This document shows, piece after piece, positions 51,625 to 64,000 of a stretch of DNA of 64,000 nucleotides. The stretch comes from the human T2T-CHM13v2.0 reference genome, Homo sapiens: NCBI RefSeq assembly GCF_009914755.1, contig NC_060929.1; one strand, given 5' to 3'. The position numbers were made by a program, and so were the translations under genes. The notes under the pieces are model-generated. The model saw nothing but the letters and a program-made list of their open reading frames with translations. It ran no database searches and was not told where the DNA came from. Every line of letters begins with the position of its first letter. Position 1 is the first letter of the stretch.

Positions 51625-52914
51625 CTATCTATGGAAATTAAGAATATGCTTTTAAATGTCCTCTGGATCAAAGAAGAAATCAAAATGGAAATTAGAAAAT
51701 ATTTTGGAATGAAGTGAATGAAATCATGAAGTGAATGAAAATGCTACATATTAAAATTTGTAGTAATCCCTTGCTTTGAAAGCATTGCACATTATGTATT
51801 GACTTTCTCCTATGGAAGAGCTAAATTTAACTCCTTAAAACCTTCCCATGTTTCCCCTTCTCCCAGTATGTCCCTTCTTTCCATTCTTCATTCTCCCAGA
51901 TAGTTATAGCACATTTTGGTTAAATTAATAGTCGCTAGTTATATTATTTGACTATATAAATATTTTTCACAAAACGTGAATGGGATAGATGTTGCCTTCA
52001 AGGCAGATCAGTCTTTACCTCTTACCTACATAATTTACTTTCTTATTATACTTTTGCTATCCTCAAACCTCCTCACTCCAGCTGCCAAGGACATCAGCTA
52101 ACAATAAAGTAGCTAAAAATCTCCACAATCCAGACAGTTAAGGGCAAAAGCTTCCCTGATCAAATGGCAACTCAAGATGGAAAGGGATGTGTTTGTATAT
52201 TGCAAGATGGCAAGAGCAAAGCTAAGGAATGCACAAAGGAAACAGTGTTAAAAAAATAAAAAGTAGTAGATGCTTTCAAAGTGGCTGGGGATAGCTGCTT
52301 CTTTTTGGCTGTGAGAGTGCAGAGCAAGAACAGACTGAGCTGAGCATTCTTAATGATTTTATTACAAGAGAAATATAAAAGTTCAAAATGGTCTATTTAT
52401 TTTCCTCCTTTTTAATATGGGGGGGAGAGGGAGGGAGACAGACAGACAGCTCCCAGGATACACATCCATTGCTTAATGGGTGTTCCCTGGGATACAAGAA
52501 CTGTGCTTATGAATTTGAGTATCGAGTCCTTTCTGCTGCAACCCCTAGGAGATACTCCTCTTTATATACTAAGTAGAAAGGGCATAAGCAGAAAAGAAAG
52601 GAAAAGAATCCTCTTTCCCAGCCACAGCAGGTGGGGAGGCAGAAAGCAACTGTCTTTATTAAAGGCATCGAAGCAGAATGAATATGGTTTTGGTGTCCTG
52701 AGTTCCTGATTGGAAGCCAAAATTCCTTTTCTGACAGAAGCAGTGTGAACCCATGTAACTATCAGGAATTGTCACGTAGGGTATATTCTTGTGTCAGGAT
52801 GGTAGCAGAGAATAACAGATATCATCTATAAAAAATCAGAGTTAGGGTTTTACTTTTCTCCTGTTGAAACAGATTTCTTTGGAAGAGCTGGAAACTTAAC
52901 AACTATTCATTTTT

Positions 52915-53155
52915 CCATTCATTCAGCAGATATTTATGAAACACTTATGAGTACTAAGCACTGAGCTAGAGCTGAAAAGTCCTCTCAAAATGAACTTATA
53001 GTCTAGTAGGGGATGCAGATATAAAAAGACACTCACAACTGTACAATAAAGTTACCCTGGGTAGATATGGTGCTGGGGGCACCAGGAGAGGTAGTCTTTG
53101 GTGCAGCCTGGGTGGATGGATGGGAGGCTTCTGGAAGAACTGTCATCTAAGGCGA
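52915..53155 (-). mobile_element. L2 LINE 3' fragment
   Basis: cattcattcagcagatatttatgaaacactta...aagcactgagctag...acttatagtctagtagggg. Confidence 0.75.
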
Positions 53156-54519
53156 CACCTAAAACTAAGGATTTGTAGCACTGCAGCTATGGGAAAATAT
53201 TATTAATCCCAACCTTCAGACTTACTAATTTATAAGACCTAAGTGACATGTAAGTTCAAAATCGATTGTATGCTACTTTTTCCTACACAGAGATTGAAGT
53301 CAATCATACTCATTGCTGCGGATGCTTCTGAAGCTTTTCACCAGTTGCCTTATCCCTGAAACCCCTTCTTTTGCTCTGCTCTCCACATCACCACCTGAAA
53401 AGATCCCAACCCACTCAGCTGCTTTGTTCCACTTCTTTCTGACCCATTTTGTAGCACTGCCCGAAAACATTACTTGGAAATTCAATGAGAGTTCATGGTG
53501 GGGAAGGCTGGGAACTGCTTTTTAGAACTTGCTCAGAAAATGCCTTCAAAATGTAACTAGCCAAGTCTAGCTTTTGATCAAATTTTAATGATCACTCTGA
53601 TATAAACCACTTTCTATTCCTGATCTGTTTCCCAGGACCTTTCCTGCAATTAATCATCAGCTAAATAGATTCAGAGGGCTCCAGGACAAAGTAAAAAATG
53701 CTCCGAGGCTTGCAAGTGTCTCAACAGATTGTGCAGGAACTTTAGTGAGCATTCTTTATTAGCTCAGACTCACTCTGGGCCGCCTCCACAACCTGAAGTA
53801 AGGCTGGCCTGTTACCTTTGTTTCCTCTAGTTTCCATGGATACCACCCAAAGGAGCTTTGAAAGTTTCTAATATAGGCTTCCCTTCTTTTGATAATTCCC
53901 TTGGAAGTCTATGGTGGGGTCTATATGGCTCTTAGTTTTTAGATGACATGGCATTCTCTCCATCACCTACCCCAATGTAGCGCTGATGCCCTCCAGTCAT
54001 TGGGAAGGCAGTGTTGGGATGGCCCAAGCACACCAGGGCTGCCTCTAGAAGCCACATTTCTTGGACTTGAGATTTGAACCTTGTCAGGAACAAAGCAATT
54101 AACTGAGTTCCCCGTAAGTTGGCCGGACAAGTGAAGTGAGCTGGAAAATTGAGGTAATTTTCTGGACCAGTCAGACTAGAAACAAAAAATAAATGTAAAA
54201 GCAACCCAGCTTCAACTTTCTGGATCTTTCAGTAAAATAATTTCAGCCCAAATGATCTGGAGAATTGCCTCCATTTTATGTTGTATTGTGGACACAGTCT
54301 TAGGGAATCCATTTGCCCCCCCAAACCGGACATCTCTACCTTGAATGCACTTTTATAAGAAGTGCTTCCTGGTTTCCCCATTTTTTTTTTCATAATCTAT
54401 GTAGAGGATAGAATCATTCCTACTTTTTCTTCCCCAAGCAATGCTTGCACATGGTCACAGTTGGAAGCCGTAACAAGCAGGATGGAAGAAATCACATCCT
54501 ATTCACAGCTAACAGGTGA

Positions 54520-55050
54520 ACCTGCAAATTAATTAACTGGTGGAAATGCTCAAAACAAGTCGTTAAGGAGCCAGGTAATGTTTGTGGATGAGCTGCGTGC
54601 AGGTGGGCTGGCCATAGCCATGGCCCAATTCCTCACACGCGTCTGGGCGGTCCAGAGGGCGGGGTAAGGGGCAGGGAAAAGGGCAGTCGGGAACTTTTTT
54701 TCCTTGGCAGCCCATCTGCTGAGGTCACAAACAAGCCACACTCCAGCTGCTCTGCCATCTCGGCCTTGTGGGTGGTCTCTCATATACTCGACCAGCCACA
54801 CAACACAGCCCACCCCCTGCTTATGGCCTCTGCCAGAGTATTTATTAGGAACGGTGCCTTCTTGGAACACTAAATAGCTAGGCTTCATAATTAAAGACTT
54901 CATTAGTTACTTGTTGCGAATTTCCATGGCTAATGGGACTCAGGGCTGCATTATTTATGGCATTGGAAGGCTTCCCATCAATCAATCTCAGATCTCCTCT
55001 TTTGCCAGGTGCCCACCACACACCCCCTCCCCACAAGTCTGCCAGCAGGA
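54520..55050. promoter_or_regulatory. Candidate regulatory element with CCAAT, GC boxes and homeodomain/PBX-HOX motifs
   Basis: CCAAT at 54625; GGGCGG at 54645 and 54657; TAAT cores; TTTATGG at 54954; TGATTGATGG on the minus strand at 54975-54984. Confidence 0.3.
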
Positions 55051-55574
55051 TGGGAGGTAGTCAGTGCCATGGTTAACAGGAAAAAAACTCCCAGAGTCTC
55101 CACACTGGTCTGCATGAATTCATAGTGAGGCCAAAACTAGGCTGGGAAATGGAGCAAATCTGATGCCCATTTATCATCTTTTAATTGTCTTCTCTTCTTG
55201 CTCATCTCATAAGGGGGCATTTCAGCAGATGAGGCTGAACTTGCTCCATGGCCTGTCTTTCAAGATTGTCACTCTAGGGATTATTTTAGAAGCTCTTTGG
55301 GGCAGAAGAATGGAGACCTTTAGAGAAAAGGAGCTAAGAAATGCGTTCAGAGCTGCCAAGGAAGCTGGCAGAATACGATCATGAGATCAGTACATTTTTC
55401 CTTGAAAGAGTCATTGTGTGGCCTAGTTTGAGAGAAAGCTTTCTTTTCTAATTCCTACTGCATGAGAGAATGCATAATATCAACACAGCTGATATTTGAT
55501 TACTACCTCATTTCAGGGACTATTCTAAGCTCTTTACCCTCATTCTCTCATTTACTCCTTATGCAGTAGCTCTA

Positions 55575-56280
<706 letters not shown>

Positions 56281-56306
56281 CACTTTGCAACAACCCTCCA
56301 ATGTAA

Positions 56307-56477
56307 GTTTATTTATTTTAATATTTTTTAGAGACAGGGTCTTTCTCTCTCATCCAGGCTGAAGTGTTGTCACACCATCATAGCTCACTGTAGCCTCAAA
56401 CTCCTGGGCTTAAGCCACCCTCCCGCCTCAGCCTCCTGAAGCACTGGGATTGCAAGCGTGAGCCATTAAGCCTGGCC
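56307..56477 (-). mobile_element. Alu monomer (FAM/FRAM-like)
   Basis: ~170-bp reverse monomer. Confidence 0.85.
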
Positions 56478-56739
56478 TTTAAATGAAACAAACAAAAAAC
56501 AACCCATTTTACTGCATTTACAAAACTGCAACTCAGAGAAATAAGGTACTTGGTTTAAATTCATCAGTTACAGTGAGCAGCACTGGGGTTCAAATCTAGG
56601 TTTCTGAAACAATCTATGATGACAGGGGGCAGAGTGGTGGTTCCCCGGGGGAGAGTGGATTGACTGGCAGGGTGCACAAGGGAACTTTTTTTGTTTTTTT
56701 AAGAGCAAGGTGCTTGGATTAGTAATTATGTTTAACATT

Positions 56740-56950
56740 TAGACAACATTTTATCATTAAACAAGGCACTTGCATGCAGATAACTCATTTAAGCCTCACA
56801 AGCACTCTGAGGAATAGGTATTATTATTCTCCTTGTACAGATGAGATTGAGGTGTGGACAAGTGAGATATCTTTAAAACAGTTAATAAGAAGTGGCTCTA
56901 GGATTTGAACATGGATTTTTTACTCTACATCCTGTACCCATTCTATTATA
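56740..56950 (-). mobile_element. MIR SINE
   Basis: ctcatttaagcctcacaa...taggtattattatt...tacagatgag...ggatttgaac. Confidence 0.8.
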
Positions 56951-57223
56951 CAAGTGCTGAAGAAACTCTCCCAGGTACAAATTCCAAAAACCAACTTATT
57001 CTAGCTTAAGCAAAAGACAAACAAAAACCACACACACACACACACACCACCCACCTTCCTATGTTTGGTCACATCACTGGGGACCAGATTCCTTGTTCTT
57101 TTTTTGCAGCAGTAGTCTTTCTCCACCTGGCTGGAAGAAAATGGGGCCAAAGACAGCTCCAACTTATGGCTTCCAAGCTTAGCCACTCATTAGGAAAGAC
57201 TGAGTTCTTGCCCATTTCATTCA

Positions 57224-57245
57224 TATATATATATATATACACATA

Positions 57246-57299
<54 letters not shown>

Positions 57300-57300
57300 T
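57224..57300. repeat. Interrupted (TA)n microsatellite
   Basis: ~77 bp of TA with CA/TG interruptions, within a probable old MLT1 remnant. Confidence 0.95.
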
Positions 57301-58439
57301 GTTCTAGGGAAATACCTTTGCTGGACCAGCTTGGGTCTCTCGTCTTCCCCATGGGCTATTCTTTGAAGCCAGGGGGATGGAGCAAGACATTGTAATTAAC
57401 AGTCCCACTGGAACCACTACTAGAATGGGTAGCCCAACAGGAACAATTGTTCATAGGAAATGGAGGGAGGAGGATGCTGATGTCAGAATCAGGAAGGGAT
57501 GTTGGGCACACAAAAACAGACCCACTCTCCATATCCCGCATTCTGGAAAGAACTCCCTGTAGAACTGGCAGCAGCATCCCTTAGTTTGGAAAACTCTATC
57601 TATCTGCACACACACATGTAAAATTATTTTTCAGTCTTGCTATAGACATCCTATTGTGCAGTGTGGTCCAAAAAGTTGCATTCCATGACTTGCCTGTTTA
57701 TTCCAAACCGTCTCTAGAACTTGTTAGTAGCTGCTTTTTAACCATAGTGCCAGGAGAGTCCATTCAGTATATGTGCACAGTCCTGTCCCAGGGAGAGCAA
57801 AGTCCCTGATTTAAGGTATTGAGGGAGTAAAATAATTGCACATATGTGTGGGTATGTGGGTGCTCTGTGTGTGTGTGTGTGTGTGGAGGGGTTATATTCA
57901 CACTTAGTTTTCTGTCTCCAGGTTTTCTCTCCAGTTTCTGTCTGAGGATCAAAATTCATTTTCACAACAATCTCTCGGCAAGAAAGAAAGACTAATAAGA
58001 TGTCAGATATACCATTCTGTCTGTCCCTCAGGCATGCAGGGGTTTTTGGCAGCACTCCCAGCCAAGGCAATGCACTTAGTTACCCCATGGTCCCAACTGC
58101 TGTGCCACAGACATGAGCTTCACAGTCAACTGGAGCAAGAAAACAAGTGGACAGAGTTGTTCAGTCTGGCAGGAACTGTCACCTCTCCCCTCAGGCATGT
58201 GAGCTTTCTAGCAACTTGTGACCCATTTCTAAGGCTCCAGACATTTCTGTTCCATGCATTATATTAAACAGTAGAAACTTTTTAAACTTTTAAGTTAAAA
58301 AAAAATTAAACCCACAGTAAAACATACATTTTACATTGACTTTGTACACTCATATATACAATATAACCAAAAGCATTTCTTGAAAAACACCCGTTCCTGT
58401 TTACCCTTACCCTGTTTGTTGTACTCTGATATAGTTTGA

Positions 58440-58874
<435 letters not shown>

Positions 58875-59249
58875 TGAAACTGTGAGCACCTTCCCATCAA
58901 ACGCTTCCAAAGCTCTTTGTCTCAGGACTCCGGCCTACACCATTCAGCTCGAGAGTAAGTAAACTGTGCAGGTGGGGTAGGCGAGTCTATGGCCTCAGAC
59001 ATCATCTCCTCCCTCCTTCATGAGGAGCCTCAGAATGGGAAGGGGCATTTCCTCAGCTGCATCAATCCCTTCCACATCACACCAGCACAAGTGGTCAGCT
59101 AGGCTCTGCTTCACATCTCCAGCAGCCAGGAGCTCATCACTGCTGCTCTAGCTGAGTAATGAAAACATCCTTCCAGTTTCCAATAGAAATGACCTTGCTG
59201 CCACTTGCACCCTCCATCCTGGTCCTGCCCTTTGAAGTCGGGTGAATTG

Positions 59250-59452
59250 AATCTCTTTTCCACACTACACACTATACTTGAAAACCCCTGAAGATACCCA
59301 TAACTGTTCTGAATCACCATCACCAGTTCTTTCCATTTATAAAGGATCAGTTTTCCAGGTCCCTCACCATCCTGTCGGCTGTTTCTGGATACACCCTTGT
59401 TTGCCAACATCGTTCTGAAAGTGTGGCTCCCAGGGCAGGAAATTGAATACTT
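59250..59452 (-). mobile_element. L3/CR1 LINE fragment
   Basis: ttttccaggtccctcaccatcctg...tctggatacacc...gtttgccaacatc...aaagtgtggctcccag resembles the recalled CR1 RT 3' region. Confidence 0.55.
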
Positions 59453-59609
59453 GGGGTGTGTGTGTGTGTAATTTGAAAATACTTATTTTAAGAAATCAGA
59501 TAGGTTGTATAAGGAACAGAGCACTGGATTCTAAGATTGTAGACCCCTGTCCCAACTGCATGACATTGGGCTAGTCCCTTTCCTTTTTGATTTCTTCATT
59601 GCTAACAAG

Positions 59610-59785
59610 AGAGGGGGTATGGTTAAACGGGTATAATTTCAGTGTGGGAAAATGAAAAAGTTCTGGAAATGAGTAATAGAGATGGTTGCACAATGTTGTG
59701 AATGCTCTTAATGCCACTGAATTTTACAGTTAGAAATGGTTAAAATGATCCATTTTATGTTATATATAATTACAATTTTAAAAAG
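59610..59785 (+). mobile_element. L1MB 3' terminal fragment
   Basis: aatgaaaaagttctggaaatg...gatggttgcacaa...gtgaatg...taatgccactgaatt...aatggttaaaatg. Confidence 0.85.
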
Positions 59786-60272
59786 AGAAAGAGGGTTGGG
59801 CTGAATATCTTTCCAATGCTAAGATTCCTTCCAATATTTCTAAAGCAGTTACCTTCTGACCCCACATGACTTTGGCTTTGAAGGCCCTAAGGGCCAGGCC
59901 CAGCTCAGCAGGAGATGCTGTCCGGGACTCCCACTCCAGCACGAGGGAGACTGTGCATACACCCCTTTGCACAGCCTCCCTACCCCATTGTCCTGGAATC
60001 ATGTGGTCTAGTAAGGTCTAAACACTTCCACAGCAAAATTAGAGCAGTGGTCCTGGTTGGACCCCTGGGATCAGAGTCCCTGCAGGGCACTTAAACCAAG
60101 CAAGAGCTTCCTCAGACAGCCTGACCTCCAGGTTATCTGTGGGGCAGACCCAGAGGTGCAGTCTTGAGGAATTTCTTCCCTACTCCCTGGTTCTGGATTT
60201 TTAAATTCTTTTTTCCCTGCTCTCTATTCCAGGGAAGTGGTCGGCTCCAGGGCTGTAGTTCCTTTTCTCTAG

Positions 60273-60633
<361 letters not shown>

Positions 60634-61586
60634 TAGAGGGAAGAGGAAATAAACAATAGAAACCCCAAAAATCTGAATCTAAGGACCAAAGAGATGGCCT
60701 TCCTAGGCCCAAAACGGTGTGTTGTGCAACCCAGGCAGCCTGCGGGGAGAGGGAGAGATTTGTTTAGTCTTGTGAGACTGATGATCGGCATCCTGCAGGG
60801 GTAGGTGCCTCCCAGCAGGGCAGGATCTGAGCTGGAATTCCCAGGCCCTTCTGAGAAAAAACACCCAGGGCAGACTGACCAGCTCCCCAGAGCATTGTGG
60901 AAGCCTCCACACCACAGTCAAGAAGTATTTAGGGACTTTGAAATTTAACAGGAAGGGTGAGAGTATTATATCATCCATGCTTTTTTTTTTTTTTTCTTTT
61001 TGCAAACTATGAGGGAGCTGCAAACGACCTCAGGGATCTGATTCACAGTGCTGTTCATATTTCAGACATTCAACAAATGACTGGAAGCAACTCCATGGGG
61101 CAATAGGAGATCAAATTCATTCAACAGGGACCTAGGACCTCTTCTGAGAAGCTGCAGCAGCTAAGGACATTCATGCATTCATCAAGGCTGACAAAAAGCC
61201 TACGGCAGGAGTCAAGACTGAAAACAACAGTCACATGAATTTGAAGGTGGCAGGGAAGATGGTTTGTGGTACAGTTTAAAGTTAAGAGCCATATATCACT
61301 TAGTAAGCTAATGAAAGCCTATTGTGAATGACAGGATTTGCCAGTGAGGTAGAGCAGATTCTGATTTGATAGGCAGCCAATCAGTCAAACAGACACACCT
61401 GCACAGGTGCACATGGAGGATGAAGATACAATTGATGGGGTCCAGCATCAGACAGCAAGTACCTACTAAAAAGGGAGCCGGCTACGTTATTCCAGATTTC
61501 TGTTCCTACAGACCAAGAATATGTTCTCAATGAGAAAACCACGACTTCTTTCCACCACATCCTGACAACTACAGCAGTTTCTCTAG

Positions 61587-62272
<686 letters not shown>

Positions 62273-62329
62273 TACCTAAAGTAACTGGTGTGTGTGCACA
62301 AGCTATCACATTTTTAAAAAGCTAAATGG

Positions 62330-62830
62330 CCAATGATATGTTTTGATCAACATCAGATGGTGATGGTTGGGAAAAATTAGTGGTTCTGTGAAAATGTCAT
62401 TTTTCTCCATTGTGGCATGCTGATTCAGCTGTTTATATTCCAGGAAGTTATTTTGCTCTCACTGTTTAACAACAACACAAACAATGTAAACAATTCTTGC
62501 ATGCCTTGTTCGGAGAATTATGTTTTTCATTAATCATTGTAAAAGCAAGGATGATCTTGCAACCTTTTTGTATGCAGCCATTATATGTAGGGCAGTCTGT
62601 CTTTAAGTAGGGATAGATCACTCTAAAAGAAATAAGTCCTAGATAGCTTTCCCTCCAAGTCATCTTGTTTAAATACACTTGTTTAAAATGAAAAAAAAAA
62701 GCGGGGGGTGGAGATGAAACCAGAACAAAACTCGCAGGTGGCAGTCTAGGTGTCCATTAACAATTACAGAACAATTGAAGAACCAAACCCATCTGAAACC
62801 CATTAGAAGCAATGTAAGTGCTACCATGCA
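62330..62830. promoter_or_regulatory. Candidate enhancer with FOX, SOX, ETS/STAT and MAF-like motifs
   Basis: tgctgattca at 62418, tgtttat at 62430, ttccaggaagt at 62438, aaacaatgtaaacaat at ~62479; no recognisable repeat. Confidence 0.3.
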
Positions 62831-62929
62831 GTCACCCCTCCCACCTTCCCCCAACACCAAGTGGCTTCTCCTCAAGGCAAGGCCATGACATCCACATCTG
62901 GGTCCAAAGAGTGGCGTGGGAGTCACAGC

Positions 62930-63150
62930 TTTGGTTTCTGGAGTCAGTTAGAACCTGAGTTCAAATCCTGACCCTGACATTTACCACCTACATGACTCTG
63001 GACAAATGTTTTGTGTTCTCTGTGCCTTGGCTTTCCTGTCTATGAAGTGAAGATGATGGTATTTACTTCATAAGTGCTTGGGAGGATAAATGAGACAGTT
63101 CACATAAGGTGCTTAGTGAACAGTGAGAACTCAAGAAACTTACATTATTA
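62930..63150 (+). mobile_element. MIR SINE
   Basis: tggagtcag...cctgagttcaaatcctgac...ctctgtgccttggctttcc...gggaggataaatgaga. Confidence 0.82.
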
Positions 63151-64000
63151 TGTTCTGTGGTGTTCCAAATATGCAGGAGCCGAAAGCCATTTGTGCTCTT
63201 CAACAGATGGAGCTACATGGATTTTCTCCCCAACGTATTATAAAAAATTTCAAATATACAAAAAAGCCAAAGATTGTACAGTGAATACGCATATACCTAC
63301 CACCTAGGTTCCACAATTAGTATTTTGCTATGTTTTTTCACTTATCTCTTATCCATAATCCATCTTATTGTTTGATACAATTTAAAGTAAGCTGCAGACA
63401 TCAGTACTTTTTAGACTACATATTCTATAGATTTCTTAAAAAGAAAAATTACATTCAGTGAAATGCACGGACCTTAAGTACACCATGCATGCATCCATCT
63501 TGACTTCTTAGTAAGTGTCCAGCTTCTGTTGCCATAGAGATGGCTTTGCTGTGGGTTGGGCTCTGCCAGGGAACAGGTGGTGGGTGATAGTGGTGGGTGG
63601 TCTGGGAGCACGTGGGAGGAGAGGGTCTACCCCTCTAGAGGCTGCTTACTTTTTGAGGCCCAGCAGAGCTCCCAGCTCCCCAGGGAGGTGCAGATTGAGT
63701 TATGCTCCTGTCACTATTTCACAGGTTCAAGCCAATTTTAAAGGTTATTTAGTTTTCTCAATGTAGAAAATCCTGTTTCTGCTTCCCTAACAGATGGTGA
63801 TTCAGTCTGTTTGCATGCCTTGGGCAACCTCACTATGTTGGCTTTCCCAATTTAGAAGTTCTTTCTAAAGATGAGCTGAGATCCTTCCTGAAACTCAGAA
63901 GTTCTTCCTTCTGGAGACAGGTTCAAGATTCCTGCTGAAAAAGGAAGCCTGTTCTCTCATGTGCCCTTCATTTTCTCTAAATTGAATTTCTCCAGGTCAT

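Noticed and set aside
51708-51742. Direct repeat atgaagtgaatgaaa twice
   Set aside because: A small slippage duplication inside a decayed L1M, with no sign of function.

Overview
Primate genomic DNA, most likely human or another ape, judged from about 43 Alu elements including an AluY-type copy and a full-length L1PA4-like LINE-1. I recognise no intact protein-coding exon, RNA gene or CRISPR array. Almost all listed ORFs are Alu- or L1-derived or chance frames, so the window looks intergenic or deep-intronic. The main structure is a nested insertion at about 15.6-24.5 kb. An ancient ERVL provirus (LTR plus gag remnant) was invaded by a full-length minus-strand RPS3A processed pseudogene with a 13-bp TSD. 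That pseudogene was then split by an AluS and by a full-length plus-strand L1 with a 15-bp TSD, which carries an ~80-bp 3' transduction with its own AATAAA and poly(A). The L1 antisense promoter points into the retrocopy in its sense direction, and the L1 5'UTR antisense frame is fused in frame to RPS3A codons ~22-91, giving a candidate chimeric transcript or microprotein. This is the closest thing here to an undescribed system, but expression is untested. Other points are Alus re-inserted into the same target site, a 31-bp AT-rich minisatellite born in an Alu tail, and several motif-dense unique segments that may be enhancers. Repeat subfamily names come from recalled consensus sequences and the boundaries of old elements are approximate.
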